64,000 bases of DNA from a bacterium. GTDB lineage: Bacteria > Patescibacteriota > Minisyncoccia > Phycocordibacterales > UBA5272. Within the stretch, counting starts at the first letter, position 1, and each line of letters opens with the position of its first letter. A program made the translations under genes and the position numbers. Positions 31,921-40,459 of this stretch are shown here, in pieces. The stretch lies in the NCBI GenBank assembly GCA_043765155.1, contig JAYUJP010000053.1, forward strand, positions 14,116-78,115, read 5' to 3'. The notes under the pieces were generated by a model. The model made no database searches and was not told the origin of the DNA. It saw only the letters and a program-made list of their open reading frames with translations.

Positions 31921-33306
31921 ATGCAAGATGAAAATGCCAAAGGTGAAAAAATTATAAACAAAAAAATACCCGTAACCGTTATAACTGGATTTTTGGGTGC
32001 TGGTAAGACCACTCTTATCAATAGCATACTTGGCGGCAAGCATGGTATAAAGTTCGCAATTATAGAAAATGAATTTGGAGAAATAGGTATAGATAATGAG
32101 ATACTCGAACATGCCGAGGAGGAAATAGTCGAGATGAATAATGGCTGTATATGTTGTACTGTACGAGGTGACCTCATAAATATAATTAAAAAACTTTTGG
32201 CCAGAGACGTGCCTCCAGAGCATATAGTCATAGAGACTACTGGTCTCGCCGATCCGTCACCTGTGGCTCAGACATTTTTAACTGATTCAGAGCTAATGCA
32301 AAAAACTTATCTGGACTCGATACTTACAATAGTGGATGCCAAGCATATGTATATACATCTAGAGAGTAGCCCGCAATACAAAGATCAAATAGCTTTTGCT
32401 GATACTATACTGCTTAATAAAATAGACTTGGTGGATGCCAAAGAAATAGAAAAAATAGAAAATGACATACTTAAAATAAATAGATTCGCAAAAATATATA
32501 AAGTCCAAAATAGTATTATAGACATAAAGAAAATACTCGGCATAAATGGCTTTGATGTAGAAAAAGCTTTGGATGTTAATTCAAAATTCTTAGAAATAGA
32601 ATACCCTTTTGAATACGGAGCTCTATATAACTTTAAGGCAGATGATTACACTCTAGAATTAAATAAAAATGGTGACGAGGATAAGATAAAAATCTTACTC
32701 GGTCCTATGACTAGGTCCATAGAGATGTCAGACCTTATGACAATAGCTAATCCGCTCGCCCTACTATTTTCAGAAAAAAATCAAGATATATTACTTGATG
32801 GCATGAGCATACCTCAGGAGCAGCAAGTCTTTACTTATGGATTAAAAGACTCGGTTAATATATTCAAATTTAGCCTAACTCAAGATTCTAACTTTTTCTT
32901 ATTTTCTGAGCATCACGCTAATGAGTTTGATTTAAAAATAAAAAATAGTAAAGGAGAAATAATAAAGCCTGCTGTATACAATAATTTTAAACCAGAACAT
33001 GAGCATGACGATGAAGTGTCTAGTGTGGGTATAGAAATAAAGGGGGAACTTGATCCTGCTATGTTTATCTATTATATAGACACGATTATAAAAGATTATG
33101 GTGTAGACCTTTATAGATACAAAGGAGTAATAGCTATAAACGGTGAGGATAAAAAGATAGTATTGCAGGGAGTGCATATGCTATTTAATATGACTCCATC
33201 TAAAAACTGGAATAATGAGGAGAAAATTAGTAAAATAATATTTATAGGTAAAAATCTAGATAGAGATATCTTAACTCAGGGATTTATAAGTTGTAAGATA
33301 AAGTAA
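31921..33306 (+). CDS. CobW/COG0523 family metallochaperone GTPase, paralog 2
   Basis: ITGFLGAGKTT, GCICCTVRGDL, IETTGLADP, HEHD linker, YRYKG...QGVH. Confidence 0.94.
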   Translation: MQDENAKGEKIINKKIPVTVITGFLGAGKTTLINSILGGKHGIKFAIIENEFGEIGIDNEILEHAEEEIVEMNNGCICCTVRGDLINIIKKLLARDVPPEHIVIETTGLADPSPVAQTFLTDSELMQKTYLDSILTIVDAKHMYIHLESSPQYKDQIAFADTILLNKIDLVDAKEIEKIENDILKINRFAKIYKVQNSIIDIKKILGINGFDVEKALDVNSKFLEIEYPFEYGALYNFKADDYTLELNKNGDEDKIKILLGPMTRSIEMSDLMTIANPLALLFSEKNQDILLDGMSIPQEQQVFTYGLKDSVNIFKFSLTQDSNFFLFSEHHANEFDLKIKNSKGEIIKPAVYNNFKPEHEHDDEVSSVGIEIKGELDPAMFIYYIDTIIKDYGVDLYRYKGVIAINGEDKKIVLQGVHMLFNMTPSKNWNNEEKISKIIFIGKNLDRDILTQGFISCKIK

Positions 33307-33327
33307 ATATAAAAACTATTTTGTCAT

Positions 33328-33358
33328 TAAAAGAGCCGCCCGTAGGGCGGCTCTTTTA
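33328..33358. terminator. Bidirectional terminator
   Basis: TAAAAGAGCCGCCC-GTA-GGGCGGCTCTTTTA between convergent genes. Confidence 0.8.
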
Positions 33359-33379
33359 CTTATTTTTTATATATATCAC

Positions 33380-34450
33380 TTAGTGAGAGTGCCCACTTAA
33401 ATGCGAATGACCATGTGAATCCCCTACTCTATCTTTTAGATCTGCTACCTTTATAAACCTCACCGCGAAGTAAGTAGTGAGTGGTATAGCCAAAAGTAAG
33501 CCAATAGAAGAAATGGTCGCCCTAAAAATCTCAGTAGCAACAACTTCAGAATTTAAAAGTATATTAAGCGGTATATCGGAAGTATATAAGAACATAAGCT
33601 GCGGTATAGAGCTAGCCACATAGGCTAGTATCAGAGTGTTTATCATCGCGCCGCCATGATCACGTCCTATATTCATAGCCCTCTTATAGCAGTCATAATT
33701 GGTGATATTTTTATTCAGAGTTTTTATCTCTTCTACAATTTTGGCCTGAGTTATCGCCCCATCATCTACTGCCCCTATCACTCCGATTATTATGCTAGCT
33801 ATTATTAGGAACGATAAGTTAATATAACTACCAGGACCACTCATTCCATTTTCTATATAATAAGATCCAGCATCGGTATAACCACCCAGCTTTGAGTATA
33901 TAATAATAGCATAGGACATTAACACTGTTATAAATATAGAAATACTACAACCAAGTAGAGCTGCGTACGTGACCTTACTCTTACCATGTGTTATAAACAT
34001 ACTGAGAGCAAGCAATAATGTCGCTATGCCGGCCGAAAGTAGTACTGGATTATAGCCTTTGGCCATAGCTGGTATAAGAACTAGAAATATAACTAAAAAG
34101 GATACGGTAAGTGAGAATAACGCCCTAAATCCTTTGAGACCAAAAATACTTATAACTACAGCACAAAATATAAATATAGACCCATATATTTCTGGGCTGC
34201 GTATCTTGTCACCAAGCGCAATATAAGAAGAGTCTGGAGCCTGCACTTGCTTAACATATACCCTGTCTCCGACCGAGTATTTATTACCCTCAGAATACAC
34301 CTCAGTGGTCGAAGACACTCCACTCTTATCTAAAAATTTTATAATATAATTGGGTGGTAATACTTTATCATTACTATATATTTCACTACTTGTGTTATTT
34401 TTAATTTCTATTAGCTCGCCCGGTATATACTGCGTTTTGTTTTGATTCAT
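33380..34450 (-). CDS. YibE/F family membrane protein
   Basis: G.KGFRAL, IIIGVIGAVDD.AITQ, MNIGRDH, NTLILAY, LAIPLTT; C-terminal HGHSH..GHSH. Confidence 0.9.
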   Translation of the reverse strand: MNQNKTQYIPGELIEIKNNTSSEIYSNDKVLPPNYIIKFLDKSGVSSTTEVYSEGNKYSVGDRVYVKQVQAPDSSYIALGDKIRSPEIYGSIFIFCAVVISIFGLKGFRALFSLTVSFLVIFLVLIPAMAKGYNPVLLSAGIATLLLALSMFITHGKSKVTYAALLGCSISIFITVLMSYAIIIYSKLGGYTDAGSYYIENGMSGPGSYINLSFLIIASIIIGVIGAVDDGAITQAKIVEEIKTLNKNITNYDCYKRAMNIGRDHGGAMINTLILAYVASSIPQLMFLYTSDIPLNILLNSEVVATEIFRATISSIGLLLAIPLTTYFAVRFIKVADLKDRVGDSHGHSHLSGHSH

Positions 34451-34498
34451 AAAAATTATTTTGAATAAAGATTTATTTTGATTGTCATATTATAACAT

Positions 34499-34560
34499 AA
34501 AAAAGCCTCGCATACTTTTTGAGTAGCGAGGCTTAGCGGCTGACCTTACGGTCAGCCGCA
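34499..34560 (-). terminator. Tandem hairpins and terminator
   Basis: GCGGCTGACC-GTAA-GGTCAGCCGC, then AGCCTCGC...GCGAGGCT followed by a T-tract. Confidence 0.7.
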
Positions 34561-34571
34561 CTAACAAAAAA

Positions 34572-35189
34572 TCAATGCACATGCACATGCTTACCTTTTA
34601 ATAAAAGAAAAAAGCTTGAAATTACGCAGCCGATCACCCCACCAATCATCACAGAGTGTAATATCCCTCCGCTATTATTGTGTACATGTCCTCCCATACT
34701 TTTTTGCAGCTCGAGAGCCTGCTTAAGTAGTGGTGACATTGCAAACGGTGACTGTGTAGGCGCTGGCACATAAAAGTACCAGAACATAACGCCAATAATT
34801 ACAAGCGCAGAAACAAGCAATACATGAGCGTACTTACCATAATGCACCCTAGCCTCGACAAAGAGAAACATGAGGTCAAAAATAGCGTGCACCCCGTAAA
34901 ATGCTAGCTCACTGTTGCTGTAGTGATTACCATGCAGCGCATGATGATACCACTCTATGCCCATATGAGCGACTAAGAAAAATGAAGGCGCATAGCCATG
35001 ACTTTTGTGAGCCCATAACGCAGCGACTAATCCAGCAAATAATCCTAACACCATATGCCATGAACCAAGGCCCATCTGGGATACATGAGAGATTAGTAAT
35101 CCAACATAAGCTAGCAAGAAAAATATAAAGAACGATTTGTGGTGACTTAACACCTTTTGAAACGAAAACAATTTTTGATGAGTTAACAT
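34572..35189 (-). CDS. His-rich multi-TM membrane protein of unknown function
   Basis: About 6 TM segments; HMGIEWYHHALHGNH, HAIFD, GHVH, terminal HVHVH; AGGAG upstream. Confidence 0.8.
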   Translation of the reverse strand: MLTHQKLFSFQKVLSHHKSFFIFFLLAYVGLLISHVSQMGLGSWHMVLGLFAGLVAALWAHKSHGYAPSFFLVAHMGIEWYHHALHGNHYSNSELAFYGVHAIFDLMFLFVEARVHYGKYAHVLLVSALVIIGVMFWYFYVPAPTQSPFAMSPLLKQALELQKSMGGHVHNNSGGILHSVMIGGVIGCVISSFFLLLKGKHVHVH

Positions 35190-35251
35190 CTAAATCTCCT
35201 AAGAAAAAAGGCGTCACGTGTGACGCCTTTATAAAAGTTTTTGAATTAATC

Positions 35252-35941
35252 TTATGCAGCTAGCGCAAGCGGCTCTGCAACAGCTTCTCGGACTGCTATT
35301 AATGCCTGACGTACATCATTTGACATCTCAAGAGACGCTAATGGTAGAACATTTAGCTCAGTCCACATCCGCTCATAAGACCTAACCTCGGCTTCACACA
35401 TATCAGTAGGCAGTACACGAATCGTGTCAAAGTCTACATTGTGAACCATTTTCCCAACTCCTTCACCCCAGCTACGCCAGTGATTCAGAGCGCGATAAAA
35501 GTTTGTATTTTCGAAATTACTCTCGATAGACGTGATGCCGCAGCCACAATCATGATACGATACAAATCGCATTCCATATTTTGCCAATGCTTTTTGTAGC
35601 AAATCCACATTACGCATCCCTAAGCAAAAAGCTAAGAGAGCATCATGAAATGGGATCATTCCCTCTGTCTGATAGCGCTCACCAGTCTCAAAATGCATTG
35701 CCGAGAATGGCATTAAGGCTACACCGCTAATGTTATGTGACCATTTTTGATGATCAAGACGATGAGCGAGTGTAACAAGAGCTACAAATACCGCAGCTTT
35801 AGGCTTGGCGTTATCGGTAATTGCGATATAAATATCGTCAATTACTTTGGGGCTAAAGCAGCCGTGACGAGATTTCAAAATCTCCACGTCACCCTTGTTA
35901 ACTGGGCGATCCCAATTATTACCTGATTGAACTGTACACAT
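35252..35941 (-). CDS. Hypothetical protein with HDCGCG motif and C-terminal ALAA
   Basis: 229-aa ORF; AAGGAG upstream; not assignable to a family by eye. Confidence 0.8.
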   Translation of the reverse strand: MCTVQSGNNWDRPVNKGDVEILKSRHGCFSPKVIDDIYIAITDNAKPKAAVFVALVTLAHRLDHQKWSHNISGVALMPFSAMHFETGERYQTEGMIPFHDALLAFCLGMRNVDLLQKALAKYGMRFVSYHDCGCGITSIESNFENTNFYRALNHWRSWGEGVGKMVHNVDFDTIRVLPTDMCEAEVRSYERMWTELNVLPLASLEMSNDVRQALIAVREAVAEPLALAA

Positions 35942-36056
35942 AAGCTTCTCCTTTGTTGTGCGTTAAAAAGAACTACTAACTTTGCGGGAATTATTTCCCA
36001 CATATTTATTTACAAAAAATTATAAACAAATATGTGAGAAATAATATATTTAAAAA

Positions 36057-36896
36057 CTATGCTTTTGATTTTTTAATAGTATGAAAATCTTGCATACTAT
36101 TTAGATTACCTCTCCTTCTTAAACTTTTAACTTTTGCTAAAACATTTTGCATTGACTCTTTGGTCTCATCTTTTACTAAGGCATAATCATAACTCATAAC
36201 GTTTTGGTCAAAAGGAATCTCACCTAAAATATTCATACTATTTTTAGCGACAAAATCATGATAAAAATCATTTTCGGCCGGCTTATTAACAACAGAGAAG
36301 CATGGTATCATTGTCTTTCTGCATATTTCTTGTATCTGCTCAAATACTTTTATACTATTTCTGTGCGGCTCTACAACACCAATAACAGCGTCTATACCAG
36401 CATATAATCCATAATTAAGCATATCGGCACCAGCCACGCTATCTATAACTACAAATTCATCACCCTCACTGAGTAGTCCTAGATAATACTTGAGCGGGCC
36501 AGACAGTCCGTGCGCACATTTGTCGCTAAATAAAACATCAGGGCTACCAAGACCTACATTTATAAGCGATATCTTTTCTGTGACTTTATTACTGATTGAC
36601 TGAGTATAGTCATCTGCAGGCTTAAGTGTAAAAGTTGGGAGCGCTCTTTCCGTCTCTGTGATAAGGCGTGACCACTGCTTATCCTCAGCAAGGCCAACAG
36701 CCTCCATAAATATCTTGTCTGTCTTGTGCATTAGTATTGTCTTTTCTGGATCAAGACCAAGATTACTGGTCAGGTCCATATTGTGATCAGCATCAATAGC
36801 CAACACAAAATTACCCATATCCTCTATGGTTTTAACAGCTAGCCAAGATACTGAACTTTTTCCGCTTCCTCCTTTTCCTACAAATGCAATTTTCAT
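36057..36896 (-). CDS. CooC-like (MinD/SIMIBI) metal-insertion ATPase
   Basis: MKIAFVGKGGSGKS, IDADHN, CAH, VVIDSVAG, VVNK, GEIPFD. Start at 36896. Confidence 0.8.
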   Translation of the reverse strand: MKIAFVGKGGSGKSSVSWLAVKTIEDMGNFVLAIDADHNMDLTSNLGLDPEKTILMHKTDKIFMEAVGLAEDKQWSRLITETERALPTFTLKPADDYTQSISNKVTEKISLINVGLGSPDVLFSDKCAHGLSGPLKYYLGLLSEGDEFVVIDSVAGADMLNYGLYAGIDAVIGVVEPHRNSIKVFEQIQEICRKTMIPCFSVVNKPAENDFYHDFVAKNSMNILGEIPFDQNVMSYDYALVKDETKESMQNVLAKVKSLRRRGNLNSMQDFHTIKKSKA

Positions 36897-36920
36897 AATT
36901 AGAATAATATTGTACACTAA

Positions 36921-36937
36921 ATGCGAATAACTTGCAA
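36921..36937. promoter_or_regulatory. Second copy of the candidate operator, in the CooC-like gene promoter
   Basis: ATGCGAATAACTTGCAA matches 30379-30395 at 14/17; it covers the -35 and spacer of TTGCAA-17-TACAAT. Confidence 0.55.
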
Positions 36938-36943
36938 GTATTA

Positions 36944-38110
36944 CTATTTTATTACCCCACCGCCCAGCACTCTATTATTTTTGTCATACATAACTAAACT
37001 TTGGCCGCTCACACACAAAATATTACTATTAGTAGTAAAAAATTGTTTTTCTGCATTATATTTTATTTCAAATAATTCTCCTCTGTACCTAGATCTAGCC
37101 AATACTTGATTTTTAAATATTTCTAATTCTTTTTTATTATTTATATCTATCAATATATTTACTTCTTCTAAATATATTTTATTATTAGAATCTGGATTAT
37201 TTAAATTATTATCTTTTGAATAAATTACACTTTGCGTTAGTTTATCTTGCGAGACTATTAAAACATTATTTTCTAAGTCTTTTTCTATTACAAAATAAGG
37301 TGTATTGTTTTCATTTTTATCTGAGTTTTTTTGATTTATTACAAAGTCGTGGCGCTCACCTATCGTATACAATATTACACCTTTATGCTCACCAATAATT
37401 TCTCCTAATTCATTTTTGGTTTGCCCCTTTTCTGGATTAAGCTCTCGTATAAGAAAATCTTTTACACTCACGTCACCACCCAGCATGCATATACCCTGAC
37501 TATCTTTTTTGTCCGCTACCCACAAGTTATTTTCTTCTGCTATTTTTCTTATCTGTGATTTTTCCAGGTTAGCAAGTGGGAATAATATCCGGCTCAAGTT
37601 TTCTTTTTGTATCTGATATAAAAAATAAGACTGATCTTTGGTCTTGTCCTCTGCAGCAAAGAGTTCGTATCTTTCTGTACTATCTTTTTCTATTTTAGAA
37701 CTCTTAACTATTTTTGCATAATGTCCCGTTGCTATATAATCAGCACCATTACTCATAGCATAATCTAAAAATGCTCCAAACTTTATATACTTGTTACACA
37801 TCACGTCCGGATTAGGGGTTCTATTATTTTTATATTCTGACAAGAAATAATCTATCACAAACTTTTTATATTCTGACTCTAGATCTAATGTTATAAACGG
37901 TATGTCTAGCTGGGCACATACACGCATAGCATCCAGCCTATCCTCTTTCCAGGTGCACTCAATATAATCTGGCTGCCAAGTCTTGATAAAAAACCCCGTA
38001 ATATTATGCCCAGCATTTTTAAGCAGTAGCGCCGTCACGCTACTATCTACGCCGCCTGACATGCCGACAAATATTTTTTCTACTTTTTGTTTTTCTTTAC
38101 CGAAATTCAT
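36944..38110 (-). CDS. mnmA: tRNA 2-thiouridylase
   Basis: GMSGGVDSS, TPNPDVMCNKYIKF, ATGHYA, KDQSYFL, DSQGIC. Confidence 0.97.
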   Translation of the reverse strand: MNFGKEKQKVEKIFVGMSGGVDSSVTALLLKNAGHNITGFFIKTWQPDYIECTWKEDRLDAMRVCAQLDIPFITLDLESEYKKFVIDYFLSEYKNNRTPNPDVMCNKYIKFGAFLDYAMSNGADYIATGHYAKIVKSSKIEKDSTERYELFAAEDKTKDQSYFLYQIQKENLSRILFPLANLEKSQIRKIAEENNLWVADKKDSQGICMLGGDVSVKDFLIRELNPEKGQTKNELGEIIGEHKGVILYTIGERHDFVINQKNSDKNENNTPYFVIEKDLENNVLIVSQDKLTQSVIYSKDNNLNNPDSNNKIYLEEVNILIDINNKKELEIFKNQVLARSRYRGELFEIKYNAEKQFFTTNSNILCVSGQSLVMYDKNNRVLGGGVIK

Positions 38111-38165
38111 ACTTAGTATTATATCACAAACACTAATTAACCTAAAAATATGATATAATTAGAAT

Positions 38166-38675
38166 ATGAATAACACTTTTAAGAAATATCTGCCTAGTCT
38201 GGTATATGGTGGTAGTGACGGGGCGGTATCTTATTTTTCACTTATGGCCGGCGCCTACGGCGCCGGTGTCCCTCTAAAAATACTTATAGCAATTGGAATA
38301 TCAAATGTAATGGCTGATGGTCTTTCTATGGCTAGCGCCGACTATTTATCTGAGGACTCTAAAAATCAAAAAAATACCAATCCTTTATTTGATGCTTTTT
38401 TTACTTTTATATCTTTTGTTTTGCTTGGTCTTATACCACTAATGCCAACGCTATATGCTTATAATTTTTATGGGCCAGACTCATTACTTTCTTTTTATAC
38501 ATTTATAGTATCGACGCTTGTTACCCTCTGCGCATTTATCTTTATAGGTTATGTACGCGGTAAAGTTTTAAAAAGAAATTTATTTAGAACGATATTACAG
38601 TCTGTATTTATATGCTCCGCTTCAGCAATAGTCGCTTACTTTGTTGGTGAATATGTGGCTAAGATTTTGATATAA
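38166..38675 (+). CDS. VIT1/CCC1 family transporter
   Basis: VYGGSDGAVS, ADGLSMASADYLS, TFISF...GLIPL.P. Confidence 0.9.
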   Translation: MNNTFKKYLPSLVYGGSDGAVSYFSLMAGAYGAGVPLKILIAIGISNVMADGLSMASADYLSEDSKNQKNTNPLFDAFFTFISFVLLGLIPLMPTLYAYNFYGPDSLLSFYTFIVSTLVTLCAFIFIGYVRGKVLKRNLFRTILQSVFICSASAIVAYFVGEYVAKILI

Positions 38676-38695
38676 AAAAGTATTTTTCGTATATA

Positions 38696-40234
38696 CTATT
38701 TAAACTTTTCTAGCTCTGAAGTTGATATTTTAACTTGGAACATACCAATAGCATAAGCCGCTACTTGATACTGACCAAAATGTATAACTAGAACTTCTTT
38801 ATCTGTTGTATTGTCTGTACTTATATCCTCAAACCAAAAAGCAGAATAATTAGTACTTGTTGCCGCTGTACCATCTTCTAACCATGCTACGTCGACCATG
38901 TCAGCCGCACCATTTTCTATCATCTGATTTTTAAGATCTACTCTACTATAGCCCTCTATATATTTATATATATCAAGACTTTTCCCATCTTTATCATAAA
39001 CAGTTTTGCTATAAACCTCTTTTAGATTTTCTACATTTTTATTAGTCTTTTTATCAATAACATACGCATTATTAAAAGTTAGCGGGTGAGCGCCGCCAGT
39101 ATAAGTATAATTATTATAAACATAAGAAATATAATTCCTAGTTTCTGATTTTTCATAACTTGAGTCCCACTCATAAGGCCTATTATCATATTCACTCAGC
39201 CCTCTATCGCTATCTTTTTTAAATGGCGAGTATATATCTAGTATCCAGCTCTTAACGGCTTTATTATTTTTGGGATATTCTATTTTTGCATTTATCTTTG
39301 TATTACTCTCTGTGAATATTTCTTTCTCATCTTCATCTATATTTTCTTTTTTATTATTAACACTTGTAATGTCTCCAAAAATATTAGAGGTATTATTATT
39401 TTTGTTTATAATATTTTCTCCGTTGAGAATCTGACTCATAAGTCCTATTATAACTCCTAAAAATATAAATAACACTCTCTTTAGAATTTTTTTATCATCA
39501 TATTCACGTAGGTACGAGGTGAGGTCATAAGCGCCGACATATAAAAAGCTAGCAGCAGATATGGCAAGTAAGGCACTACTTAAATCTTCTAACTTTATTA
39601 TATAAAATAGGGCGACTCCTATAAACATAAAAGCAGAGGATGCAATAGTTAGCCAAAATAAATTTTTACTATTTTTATCATCCTCTTGTTTGTTCTTAGA
39701 ACTTCTTATCATCACGCCGCTCATCATAGGTATATGATGCAAAGATATAGCGATAGTAGTTATAATACCCAAAAATATATTTACAGCAAAGCTACTCGCT
39801 ATCACCACTCCATCAGCTACGCTGTGTATGCTTTGCCCTATAAATATAGAATATGACCCATTTTGTTTTAACTCTGAACTTTCTATATTGTGTAAGTTTA
39901 TCTGTTTATGAGTGTGAGTATCATGCTCATCATCATGCTCATGATTATGTGTAGTCCAGCCAAGTATATAAAAACATAATAATGAAAATAAGAATACTAA
40001 ACTATTTATATTTATCCCAAGAATACTCAAGCTTGACCCGCCAGAATACACTTCGGGCAATAGATGGACTATAAGAACCGTCAACATAATACCGATAGCT
40101 ACAGCTACTACATTTTTAGTTTTATTTGATCCCTCTCTTATAAAAGGACGACGTATCACGTACGCTAGCGCTATAAGTATAGCCAATACCGATATAACTG
40201 GCAAGATTATTTGATTTGTTATTATATTTTGCAT
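38696..40234 (-). CDS. ZIP family metal transporter fused to a DUF3298/RsiV-like extracellular domain
   Basis: N-terminal part: HLLPE, His-rich loop, HSVADG, LHHIP, FLYVG. C-terminal part: YTGGAHP and FGQYQVAAYAIG. Confidence 0.85.
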   Translation of the reverse strand: MQNIITNQIILPVISVLAILIALAYVIRRPFIREGSNKTKNVVAVAIGIMLTVLIVHLLPEVYSGGSSLSILGININSLVFLFSLLCFYILGWTTHNHEHDDEHDTHTHKQINLHNIESSELKQNGSYSIFIGQSIHSVADGVVIASSFAVNIFLGIITTIAISLHHIPMMSGVMIRSSKNKQEDDKNSKNLFWLTIASSAFMFIGVALFYIIKLEDLSSALLAISAASFLYVGAYDLTSYLREYDDKKILKRVLFIFLGVIIGLMSQILNGENIINKNNNTSNIFGDITSVNNKKENIDEDEKEIFTESNTKINAKIEYPKNNKAVKSWILDIYSPFKKDSDRGLSEYDNRPYEWDSSYEKSETRNYISYVYNNYTYTGGAHPLTFNNAYVIDKKTNKNVENLKEVYSKTVYDKDGKSLDIYKYIEGYSRVDLKNQMIENGAADMVDVAWLEDGTAATSTNYSAFWFEDISTDNTTDKEVLVIHFGQYQVAAYAIGMFQVKISTSELEKFK

Positions 40235-40283
40235 ATTATTTATATTTTAAAACTTATTTATTGTTTTTGTATAACTATAATTA

Positions 40284-40454
40284 TTATTCACCCTCTTCTA
40301 TTTTTTGCACACTTGTAGAATCTACGCTGTTAGCAATATTTTCTGTCTTGGCTTTAGCTCCAGATATTAGTGAGTCTTTTTTATTTAATGTCATGTACAT
40401 AAAAATACCAACATATATGATAAGTAGGCCAGATAAAAGAGTAAAGGATTTCAT
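40284..40454 (-). CDS. Small single-TM protein (56 aa, not in the ORF track)
   Basis: MKSFTLLSGLLIIYVGIFMYMTLNKK...EEGE fills the gap between co-oriented genes. Confidence 0.55.
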   Translation of the reverse strand: MKSFTLLSGLLIIYVGIFMYMTLNKKDSLISGAKAKTENIANSVDSTSVQKIEEGE

Positions 40455-40459
40455 GTGTC

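Noticed and set aside
9749-38128. Recurrent ATTATATCACAA / ATTATAACACAA words
   Set aside because: They are the reverse complement of the extended -10 promoter consensus (TTGTGATATAAT), not a mobile repeat.
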